DNA from: an uncultured Candidatus Saccharibacteria bacterium
GTDB lineage: Bacteria; Patescibacteriota; Saccharimonadia; UBA4664; CAZOQX01
DNA length: 64,000 bases
Assembly (NCBI GenBank): GCA_964582465.1
Contig: CAZOQX010000001.1
Coordinates: 17,256 to 81,255, forward strand
Reading direction: 5' to 3'
The position numbers and the translations under genes are program-made. Below the pieces are notes generated by a model that saw only the letters and a list, made by a program, of their open reading frames with translations, searched no databases and had not been told where the DNA came from. Below, piece by piece: positions 35,969-43,597 of the stretch; position 1 is the first letter of the stretch; every line of letters starts with the position of its first letter.

Positions 35969-37591
35969 CTACGCGCCCAGTGCTTTCAGCTGGTCTTGAA
36001 TAGATTTAATCAGTCGCTCGATCTGTGCGAGAGCTGTAGATTGCGTGGTCAGAATTTGCGTATTCGCTTTGAACTGATCAAGTGTCACTGGCAGAACTTG
36101 CTTTTGGATGCCGATTACTTGTGCCCTAAGTGTGTTTAGCTGGTTTCTTAAAGGCATAGTTTTGAGCGAGCCGTGTTTCTTCTCGAAATCGGCTATCTTT
36201 GTAAGAGAAGAGGCGATAGTGTCCAGGTCCCTAGCGGACTGCAGCATTAAACCTGTTTTAGGAAGGGTAAACTTGTAGACTAAAAAGTTATCGGCAATAT
36301 CGGGATTATCGGCCTGAAGACTGGCGATGGTATCATCGGTTTTAATCCTGTCTTTTAGCTTCTTCAGCCCGTCGATTTGACTATTCAGGAATGTTACCAA
36401 AGTGTCTTTTTGGGTTTGGTCTAAATCCGACTTCTTCACTCTAGTGATTAAATCGGTGAGTTTGGGGAGACGTTGATTGATAGCGCTAGTGCCAGCCTTG
36501 CGTAGAGCCTTAATCTGGTCGGGGTACCAATACTTGTCGCAGCCGGCCACGCCTGCTTGGTAGCCTTGGCGGTAAGCCAAGCTAACTTGTGGGTCACCCT
36601 GTGCAAGTGTATTAAATGGCGAAGGTGACCGCCAAGTGAATGGCATTATGGTCGTGGCACCGTACTTACAAAAGGCTTCGGTTTGGGTGGCTATGGTAGC
36701 CGGTGTAGCAGTGGAGTAACGGACATTATTATGGTTGGTAGGGTCCGAAAAAGCTTGGGGGATACCGATGAAGGCGGTTCCGCGCCAGCCAGCTTTGGCG
36801 AAAGTGGCTTTAAGTGACGGCAAAACTTGGCTCATCGTCCAATCTTCTTGGCTGACGGAGTCCGGATCAGTGCCCTCGTGCCCATAAACGTAAAAGGCCG
36901 GGATGTTACAAATGGTTGGCGAATAATTGGTTAGTTTCTTGGCAAAAGTATCGGGTACGACTGTCCAGTCGATGCTTGCACCAAAGGCACAAATGGTCGG
37001 GCGCTGAAATGGCGCCTTGGCGTTGGTCGCAGCGATCTTGGCCGCTGCCTTATCCAGCACGTCGCGCATATTGGTCCAGTAGTCATCCAGAATGTAGTAG
37101 GCGACAATCCGCTGATCATCTTTGGTTTTGCTAAGCCAGGTGTCGATTCGTTTTAGTAAATCGGTTTCTTGGTCTGGAGTGATGGTGCAGCCGCCAGGAT
37201 CATCATAACAGTGGGCACCGGGGTGGACGGCTTGATAGTCGTTCTGGTATTCGCCGTATATTAACTGTTCGATAGTGGTATCAATGTAACTTAGCTTATT
37301 GCTGGTTAGCTGTCGCCCCAGGTCGGAAGCTGGATCAACGTAAGGGCTAAGCATGAGTGAAAAGCCGGTGGAGGTGAAAAGGGGCACATCGCTGGCTAGC
37401 GGCGTGCTGTAAGCACCGGTTTTATGGTAGAGATTCGGCCAAGCGATGTTCTCCTGAGCGGCGTGCAGGTAAAAAATTACCGCCAGTCCAAATACTATGA
37501 GAAGGCCGGCCGAAAGCCAAGCTCTTCGGCTAACTTTCTGGTAACCAGGGAGTACCCGCTTGTAGAGAGCTTTTTTGCGTTTTTTAGCCAT
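35969..37591 (-). CDS. Membrane-anchored 540-aa extracytoplasmic protein with C-terminal coiled coil
   Basis: Basic N-terminus plus TM (AWLSAGLLIVFGLAVIFYL), a large globular domain and about 150 aa of heptad-like helical C-terminus. Confidence 0.55.
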   Translation of the reverse strand: MAKKRKKALYKRVLPGYQKVSRRAWLSAGLLIVFGLAVIFYLHAAQENIAWPNLYHKTGAYSTPLASDVPLFTSTGFSLMLSPYVDPASDLGRQLTSNKLSYIDTTIEQLIYGEYQNDYQAVHPGAHCYDDPGGCTITPDQETDLLKRIDTWLSKTKDDQRIVAYYILDDYWTNMRDVLDKAAAKIAATNAKAPFQRPTICAFGASIDWTVVPDTFAKKLTNYSPTICNIPAFYVYGHEGTDPDSVSQEDWTMSQVLPSLKATFAKAGWRGTAFIGIPQAFSDPTNHNNVRYSTATPATIATQTEAFCKYGATTIMPFTWRSPSPFNTLAQGDPQVSLAYRQGYQAGVAGCDKYWYPDQIKALRKAGTSAINQRLPKLTDLITRVKKSDLDQTQKDTLVTFLNSQIDGLKKLKDRIKTDDTIASLQADNPDIADNFLVYKFTLPKTGLMLQSARDLDTIASSLTKIADFEKKHGSLKTMPLRNQLNTLRAQVIGIQKQVLPVTLDQFKANTQILTTQSTALAQIERLIKSIQDQLKALGA

Positions 37592-38023
37592 CTGTAGGCA
37601 GTTTAGTCAAAATGCTTATGCTAGTCAAGGAGAGAGCCAGATGCATTGGTTTAAGTCTCTGAGTAGCTTAAAACTAGAGCATAATACTGGGTATGAAGAA
37701 GAACCAACTCGTTATCCTCAGCCTGGTATTGATTGTGGCAATCGTAGCAATGTTGATTTTGCTGCGTGGTAGAACCTCCGATAAAATTCCAAAACTGCAA
37801 GAATGCGCTAAGGCTCTCCAGGATTCGATTGTCTGTAATCCGTCAAAGTGAGTATTTGGAGTCTAGGCCAGCCAGATGCGTGAGCCGAAGCTTTCACCTC
37901 ATCGCGCTACCTCCTCGACTTAGCTTGGTGCAACTAAAAGCTGCCCACGACACACTCGCCCGCTTATGCTTGCCCTATTAGGCTTCTGATTACAAAATAG
38001 GGGTACCCGCGTGAGGAGTCAAA

Positions 38024-38518
38024 ATGAGCGTTTTGCAGCGTTACATCGACGCCAACGGCAAGTTCATGGACTGGCTGGCAGAGCAGGAGCCAGACGGGAG
38101 AATTCCCGCTCCGATCATCGATGAGATGGTGGAGTCGCGTGAAGCCTTGATCGCGTACTGGAACGGCCCAGAGCCTATTTCGGCCGAAGACCGTGGTGGT
38201 CCGCTGCTGCTGCGCGAACGCCTGGCGCTACGGAAGCTTGGTGATTGCCCCAGCTGGCTCGAGGCCATTGGGCAGATCGTGGCACTCTCGTACCCCACCG
38301 AGGGCAGCGACCTGGAGTGCGCTGTGGTCCTCTTTCCTCGCTCACCGTCTGATGTTGGGATGACTCCTTACGAAGCCCGCCAGGCTGCGTTAGCCCTGCT
38401 GACCGCTGCCAACTATGCCGAATACGGTGAAGGGCTAGAGCAGCAGCACAACGAGAACATGCGGCGGCTGGGCGCGCAACTTATTGGCAGACCAGCTGAC
38501 GAGGCGGACCCGGGCTAG
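38024..38518 (+). CDS. Hypothetical acidic protein (GC-rich ORFan, WLAE-motif family)
   Basis: The N-terminal ...FMDWLAEQEPDGR resembles FTTWLAEHPEHNRPD of 40385..40846. Followed by a 12-bp-stem terminator. Confidence 0.5.
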   Translation: MSVLQRYIDANGKFMDWLAEQEPDGRIPAPIIDEMVESREALIAYWNGPEPISAEDRGGPLLLRERLALRKLGDCPSWLEAIGQIVALSYPTEGSDLECAVVLFPRSPSDVGMTPYEARQAALALLTAANYAEYGEGLEQQHNENMRRLGAQLIGRPADEADPG

Positions 38519-38602
38519 CGGGAACGCAGACCGTGAAGGACGTCCTGCGCAGGGCCTGTCGAGCGTGGCACTGGGTCCTAAGGTCGTCCGCTCGGGCCGA
38601 AC

Positions 38603-38640
38603 GGGGGAGGCGAGGTCACACTCGCCTCCCCCTCTTCTTT
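38603..38640 (+). terminator. Rho-independent terminator (GGGGGAGGCGAG-loop-CTCGCCTCCCCC + T-rich)
   Basis: Perfect 12-bp G/C stem followed by tcttcttt. Confidence 0.6.
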
Positions 38641-38651
38641 CGATACAACAT

Positions 38652-38677
38652 AAAAACCCGCTTGGGAGCGGGTTTTT
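38652..38677. terminator. Bidirectional terminator hairpin (AAACCCGC-ttgggag-GCGGGTTTTT)
   Basis: Lies between convergent genes 38024..38518 (+) and 38697..38975 (-). A-run upstream and T-run downstream. Confidence 0.6.
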
Positions 38678-38696
38678 ATGAAGAGTTACTTACGCC

Positions 38697-38975
38697 TTAG
38701 CGGTGAAAGTTAGTCTTGGGGCGGTCTTCCATCGGGCGGGCGTTGCCCACGATGATGGTGCGACCACTGATGTCTTTGTTGTTCAAGCCAGCAATAGCAG
38801 CTTGAGCTTCTTTCTCATCCGACATTTCCACAAAGCCGAATCCTTTGGATTGGCCGGAGAATTTGTCGGCAATGATGGTAGCAGTTTCAACTGTGCCGTA
38901 TTCGGCGAAAAGATCTTTTAGTTCTTGTTCGGTAGTCGAATAGGGTAGTTTGCCTACATATAGCTTGTTAGCCAT
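38697..38975 (-). CDS. RRM-type RNA-binding protein
   Basis: RNP-2 KLYVGKL and RNP-1 KGFGFVEM. Confidence 0.85.
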   Translation of the reverse strand: MANKLYVGKLPYSTTEQELKDLFAEYGTVETATIIADKFSGQSKGFGFVEMSDEKEAQAAIAGLNNKDISGRTIIVGNARPMEDRPKTNFHR

Positions 38976-39168
38976 GGTATTACCTTACGTTAATGCGAGT
39001 GCAGGACGACCAATAAAAACTTGTCTCCAGCACGGCATCACGCACGGGTGTGTCGAGGCTTGTTTTTTAACCCTACAGAATATTAACTATACAGTAATCT
39101 GCTTAAAAAGTCGAGGAGTGTAAGGTAGGCTATAATGGTAGATGTAATATGAAAGAAATGGAGGTGCC

Positions 39169-39576
39169 ATGGCACTAATCTGGGTAGACAACATTGAAAA
39201 GAAAACGATCGAAAACGAAACATTCAGAACTGTATTATTCACCGGCCAGCACTGCCAACTAACCGTTATGTCGATTAAGCCAGGTGAGGAAATTGGGCTC
39301 GAGGTTCACCCCAAAGTTGATCAATTCCTACGTTTCGAAGCCGGCAAGGCTCGAGTCGAGGTGGGTGAAACCAAAGATAATTTGACCGAGAAATATGAAG
39401 TTGAGGACGACTGGGCTATCATTGTGCCGGCTGGGACCTGGCACAACGTTGTAAATACTGGCGACACCGATCTGAAGGTTTACTCGATTTACTCGCCCCC
39501 CAATCATCCTGAGGGTACAGTTCATCAAACTAAGGCCGACGCTGATAAAGCGGAAGCCGCTGAGCACGGCGAATAA
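39169..39576 (+). CDS. Cupin-domain protein
   Basis: Cupin_2-like G(x)5HxH...E pattern region (EIGLEVHPKVDQFLRFEAGK ... GTWHNVVNTGD). Confidence 0.7.
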   Translation: MALIWVDNIEKKTIENETFRTVLFTGQHCQLTVMSIKPGEEIGLEVHPKVDQFLRFEAGKARVEVGETKDNLTEKYEVEDDWAIIVPAGTWHNVVNTGDTDLKVYSIYSPPNHPEGTVHQTKADADKAEAAEHGE

Positions 39577-40124
39577 TGGCAGAAAATACCGAAAATAATT
39601 ATGCCTTTATCGACGGGCAGAATTTAAATGCCGGGATCGAATCGGCCGGGTGGAAAATAGATCACAAGAAATTCCGGGAGTACTTAAAGGAAACACTCGG
39701 TGTAAAACGCGCCTATATCTTCATCGGATTCATGGAAGAACACCAGGTGCTCTATAACACGTTGCAAGAGGCTGGGTTCATTTTGCACTTTAAGCCGTTG
39801 ATCCGGCGCGAGGACTCTGTGATTAAAGGTAATGTCGACGCCGACATGGTCTTGCAGGCGATGATTGACATTGATCGCTACGACAAGGCGGTGATCGTAA
39901 GCGGGGACGGGGATTTTGCTGGTCTGATTCGTCATCTCGCCGGGACTAACAAACTGAAACAGGTGATCATCCCAAATCGCGAGAAATACTCGTCGCTCTT
40001 CAAGCGTTTAGAGGAGTACAATAAATACTTCACCTACATGGATTCACTTCGGTCGACGCTGTCCTACCGCAATGGCCATCGGCATCGACCTAGCGGTCCC
40101 GTGACACCAAAAGCCGACGCCTAA
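39576..40124 (+). CDS. NYN-domain (LabA-like, PIN-fold) putative ribonuclease
   Basis: FIDGQNLNAGIESAGWKIDHKKFREYL and VIVSGDGDFAGLI match the NYN/LabA conserved Asp motifs. The start overlaps the cupin stop (TAATG). Confidence 0.75.
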   Translation: MAENTENNYAFIDGQNLNAGIESAGWKIDHKKFREYLKETLGVKRAYIFIGFMEEHQVLYNTLQEAGFILHFKPLIRREDSVIKGNVDADMVLQAMIDIDRYDKAVIVSGDGDFAGLIRHLAGTNKLKQVIIPNREKYSSLFKRLEEYNKYFTYMDSLRSTLSYRNGHRHRPSGPVTPKADA

Positions 40125-40155
40125 GATATTGAAATAATAAATGGAGGGTTAAAAG

Positions 40156-40314
40156 ATGGCAGATCAGAAAAAGGGTTATGGCAAGCGGCCACTATGGCAG
40201 TGGGTTTTAATTTACCTGGTGATCGGCGGCGTAGTTTACTACGGCATTTACTACTTCTATTCTCACCGCTCGAGTTCTAGCGGCACAGGTAGCAGCCAGC
40301 ACTCTTTATACTAA
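40156..40314 (+). CDS. Small membrane protein (52 aa)
   Basis: GGAGGG SD 6 nt upstream. MADQKKGYGKRPLWQWVLIYLVIGGVVYYGIYYFY... has one TM. Not in the ORF track because it is under 60 aa. Confidence 0.35.
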   Translation: MADQKKGYGKRPLWQWVLIYLVIGGVVYYGIYYFYSHRSSSSGTGSSQHSLY

Positions 40315-40384
40315 TAACCTCTATGCTTGCTTAGGCGCGCTAAAATCGATAAAACTGGGTTACTACCGCGCCTAGGAGGCAGAA

Positions 40385-40846
40385 GTGACCTTCGAAAACC
40401 TGCGCCAGGAAACTCTGAATCGGTTCACGACCTGGCTAGCTGAACACCCCGAGCACAATCGTCCCGACTATGGCATCTCTGATGGAGCCGCTGGCTGGGC
40501 CCGGCTGGAGGCATCAAGCCACATCATCCAGGAGTTGCTTGACGAGCTGAGTGATGGTGATTTGGCGGATCTGCTTGCCGAGGAGCCAACTCTTTGGCGA
40601 GCGCCTTTCGATAGGTTTGAGTCTGACGAAAAGACCCTGTCTGGGCTGGTCCGCGACGCCATGGGGCACTTACTGAGAGAAGCTGTGGGCTATTGGGAAG
40701 ATGGTCACGGGCTGGCTTACCAACCCGATCTGGAGTGGGAGGCCGCGGAGGAGAAGCGTCGGGCGCGAACCTTCCGACGAGTAATTCGAGCAACCGGGGG
40801 CTGGATTGTCAAGCTCGGACGGAGGATCACTCGCCTGGGGTACTAG
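40385..40846 (+). CDS. Hypothetical acidic protein (GC-rich ORFan, WLAE-motif family)
   Basis: GTG start after a GGAGG SD. Followed by the perfect hairpin GGGGTTGAGCA-agtg-CTCAACCCC at 40846..40869. Confidence 0.5.
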   Translation: MTFENLRQETLNRFTTWLAEHPEHNRPDYGISDGAAGWARLEASSHIIQELLDELSDGDLADLLAEEPTLWRAPFDRFESDEKTLSGLVRDAMGHLLREAVGYWEDGHGLAYQPDLEWEAAEEKRRARTFRRVIRATGGWIVKLGRRITRLGY

Positions 40847-40964
40847 GGGTTGAGCAAGTGCTCAACCCCTAGGCGCACACAAAGCATAAAGCTTAAGGCT
40901 ATTGACAAAGTGCTAGCGTTATGGTAGTATTCGGTGCAATAACCTTTTAAAGGAGGTAGAACGC

Positions 40965-41600
40965 ATGATTAACGCTAAGCAATTAGCAGTTAGTGGAGTA
41001 TTGGGCTTGAGCATGATCGCTCCTTTTGCGATGGTGCAAAGTGCCAGTGCTACTACTATCAAGTCGCAGGACCCTAAACTTGGTTGTATTGACATCCTAG
41101 TTGAGACCTACGGCTCCAATGGCCATCCTCTTCCTATCACCAACCAGTTCCATTTTCAGGTTGACGGTAAGAACGTGGCCAACAGTGACTTCCGTGGGAC
41201 CGGTCGCGGCTTCGCGCCTAACCAGGGTAAGGTTTCGGTTTTCAACCTTCCTCAACCCCACACTTACAAGATTTCGTCTACGGCTCCGGCCGGTTGGACG
41301 ATTCGAGTCAGCCCGACTAAGACGGTTCACGAGTTAACTCAAAGCCGTTACGTTCGCGGTAAGGGTCTACACGGTTGCTCTGGAGTGGTTTTCCAATTCC
41401 AGCAACAGCCGGTGCCCCCGATCAAGGGCAAAAAGGTAGTCCATAAGACTGTTGTGACTACCACCACTGCCACTCAGACTCAGCAAAGCAATTTGCCCGA
41501 GACTGGTGCCGGTGCCTTAGGCTTCGCCAGCCTTGGTAGCTTGGGCTATGGTGTCCACTACCTACGCAAGCGTGGCCTGGCGGCTCTCTTGAACCGCTAA
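40965..41600 (+). CDS. LPXTG-anchored cell-surface protein (sortase substrate)
   Basis: N-terminal signal peptide. C-terminal LPETG followed by a hydrophobic stretch and a basic tail (YLRKRGLAALLNR). Confidence 0.7.
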   Translation: MINAKQLAVSGVLGLSMIAPFAMVQSASATTIKSQDPKLGCIDILVETYGSNGHPLPITNQFHFQVDGKNVANSDFRGTGRGFAPNQGKVSVFNLPQPHTYKISSTAPAGWTIRVSPTKTVHELTQSRYVRGKGLHGCSGVVFQFQQQPVPPIKGKKVVHKTVVTTTTATQTQQSNLPETGAGALGFASLGSLGYGVHYLRKRGLAALLNR

Positions 41601-41620
41601 CACTCCGAGTCACTTTAAGC

Positions 41621-41648
41621 AAAAACTCCCGACTTTTCGGGAGTTTTT
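41621..41648 (+). terminator. Rho-independent terminator (AAAAACTCCCG-acttttc-GGGAGTTTTT)
   Basis: Perfect stem with flanking A and T runs. Confidence 0.75.
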
Positions 41649-41666
41649 GCTATTGGGGAAGCTTCT

Positions 41667-42104
41667 GTGCTAATTTTTAACTATAAGCGGAGCAAGGAAA
41701 TGTTACATGTAAGTATTCATTATTGGGCTGTATTGGTGGCCGCGGTTATCAATATGGCAGTTGGCGCGGCCTGGTATTCGCCGGCTATGTTCGGCAAAGA
41801 ATGGGCCAAACTACTCGGCAAAAAAGTCGGCGACATGGGCAATCGCAACGCTGGCTACTCTGTTTCGATGGTTGCAGCACTGGTGCAGTCGTTTCTGCTC
41901 GCCTTCTTTGTCGCCTATGCTGGGGCAACTACGGCGGCTCAGGGCGCATTGGTCGGGCTGATGGCTTGGGCGGGTTTTGCCGCCACCGTAACCGCCGGCG
42001 ACACTGTGTTTTCTGGTCGCCCCTGGAGACTGTGGGCTATTAACACGGGCTACTACCTGTTCGTTTTGATCGTAAACGGGGCACTTCTGGCCGTTTGGCG
42101 CTAA
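41667..42104 (+). CDS. DUF1761-like small membrane protein
   Basis: HYWAVLVAAVINMAVGAAWYSPAMFGKEWAKLLG matches the DUF1761 N-terminal pattern. 3-4 TM. The start may be the internal Met at 41700. Confidence 0.6.
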   Translation: MLIFNYKRSKEMLHVSIHYWAVLVAAVINMAVGAAWYSPAMFGKEWAKLLGKKVGDMGNRNAGYSVSMVAALVQSFLLAFFVAYAGATTAAQGALVGLMAWAGFAATVTAGDTVFSGRPWRLWAINTGYYLFVLIVNGALLAVWR

Positions 42105-42243
42105 AGAAATCCGATGTCATAAGAGCCGGCCTCAGGGCCGGTTCTTTGTGTTTATAAAAGTGATTGACATAGTTATCAGTTAGCTTAAAATCGGTCTTAC
42201 TGCATCATCAATTCGAGGCCACATAGGGGAGGTGAACAGACAA

Positions 42244-42438
42244 ATGGCACCATTCGACGAAGAGGGTGCCCAGGGCGAGGCTCCAGGCTCCGACGAGCCC
42301 GCGGCCGAGCCGGTAGCGGTCGACGAGACCGAGACCAGCGAGCCCGAGGGCGGTGCGGACGACGCGGAGCAGGAGGATGACTCCGAATCCGGCGACGGCG
42401 GAGAAGGCGGCACCGAGGGCACCGAGGGCGGCGAGTAG
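42244..42438 (+). CDS. Hypothetical highly acidic low-complexity protein (64 aa)
   Basis: GGGGAGGTGA SD 9 nt upstream. The Asp/Glu/Gly-rich sequence could be a real acidic protein or a compositional artefact. Preferred over the overlapping minus-strand S/P-rich ORF. Confidence 0.3.
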   Translation: MAPFDEEGAQGEAPGSDEPAAEPVAVDETETSEPEGGADDAEQEDDSESGDGGEGGTEGTEGGE

Positions 42439-42495
42439 CGGCCGGGTGAGGCCACCGCCAGAGGCGAAGAAGTAGTTGCCGGATGGCGGTATAAG

Positions 42496-42545
42496 ATGGG
42501 GGTGGGGCCGGTTGCGATCGGTCCCACCCCCATTCGCTTTTTATG
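42496..42545 (+). terminator. Terminator-like hairpin ATGGGGGTGGG-17 nt-CCCACCCCCAT followed by TCGCTTTTT
   Basis: Perfect 11-bp inverted repeat plus a T-run. Confidence 0.55.
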
Positions 42546-42624
42546 CTTTAGCTTGGAATTATTGGGATCGTGTTGTACAAATAGTTGGATCGTACCGGTA
42601 AGTAGCCAAGGAGGTGGACAGCCG

Positions 42625-43224
42625 GTGCCTTTGCTCATTGCAGTGCAAGATCCGCGGACGGGGAAATGGGAACAGAACGAGCCGCTACTTCCCATTCTTG
42701 ACCAGCCGCTGACGCTATCCCACACTTCGCTCGTTGGGCGCCAGATCTACATGGTGAGCTGTGCCGACGACGATTCTCACTCCCTGATCCAAGTTTCCCA
42801 GGGTGGGATTGACGTGGAGCAGGTGAGTCTGAGGGTTGTTGCGTCGATTGGCTGGCAGGAAGTGGCGAAGCTGGAGCACAAGCAGACTCACGAGCTCACG
42901 GCTTTTACCGACCGCAGCTTGGTTCCGCGGCATCTGCGCTTCGCGCACGACCGAATCGACTACGGAATGCGACGCTGTCGCCTGTGTCAGGAGCTGGTGT
43001 CGGCCTTGGATATCTCCAAACATGTCCTGGCTCACACCCCAGATGAATTGGCTCAATGGCCTGGCGGGATTCGTGGCTTTGTCTCTTTCTTCGCGAGCTC
43101 ACTTAAGAAGTCGCGGCAAAGGGTTCAACGCTACCCGAGGCTGTATAGGTACATGGCGGGTGAGCCCGCCAAAATTTTAGCCGAGCTGCAGCGCCTGCTG
43201 GCGGCTCGAGCTAACTTGAACTAA
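42625..43224 (+). CDS. Hypothetical protein (199 aa)
   Basis: GTG start preceded by the strong SD AAGGAGGTGGA. The ORF track extends upstream to 42496 through the hairpin, which is unlikely. Confidence 0.4.
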   Translation: MPLLIAVQDPRTGKWEQNEPLLPILDQPLTLSHTSLVGRQIYMVSCADDDSHSLIQVSQGGIDVEQVSLRVVASIGWQEVAKLEHKQTHELTAFTDRSLVPRHLRFAHDRIDYGMRRCRLCQELVSALDISKHVLAHTPDELAQWPGGIRGFVSFFASSLKKSRQRVQRYPRLYRYMAGEPAKILAELQRLLAARANLN

Positions 43225-43430
43225 GGGGGATCGGAATGAGAAGAGAGGAAACCCCTATCCGCCGATGAGCGTGACGAGCTTCATCGCCACGATCCTACTC
43301 TGTACTCACCATTCCTGGCAGCCGTTGGGTCTTGACGCCGCTCCCGGCTTCCCGCTCCAAGTGAATGATTCTCACTAGGGGCGAGAGCTTTAAGGCTCTC
43401 GCCCCTAGGGCATTTGTTATCATAGTGGTA

Positions 43431-43592
43431 ATGCAAAAACGGACTATCTCAATACTTGCTATCATCGGTACCACTCTCGGAGGCTGGGTGCCAACTTGGT
43501 TTGGCGCCGGCGCCTTTTCGTTTTGGAGCCTCCTGTTAGCGGCGGTCGGCGGGTTTGCCGGTATCTGGCTCGGCTGGCGACTAACGCAGTAG
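43431..43592 (+). CDS. Small two-TM membrane protein, possibly GlsB/YeaQ/YmgE-like
   Basis: MQKRTISILAIIGTTLGGWVPTWFGAGAFSFWSLLLAAVGGFAGIWLGWRL, with glycine-zipper-like TM helices. Preceded by the perfect hairpin GGGGCGAGAGC-tttaag-GCTCTCGCCCC (43378..43405). Confidence 0.4.
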   Translation: MQKRTISILAIIGTTLGGWVPTWFGAGAFSFWSLLLAAVGGFAGIWLGWRLTQ

Positions 43593-43597
43593 GGCGA

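Noticed and set aside
37693-37851. 52-aa plus-strand ORF encoding a signal-peptide-like mini-protein with two Cys (MKKNQLVILSLVLIVAIVAML...)
   Set aside because: No recognisable SD. It lies in the divergent promoter region of the 540-aa gene, and coding potential cannot be supported from sequence alone.
42180-42725. 181-aa minus-strand ORF rich in Ser/Pro/Gly spanning the acidic-protein region and the G-rich hairpin
   Set aside because: It reads as the antisense frame of GC-rich DNA: low complexity, no RBS, and it runs through a perfect terminator hairpin. The plus-strand ORFs with SD sequences are preferred.
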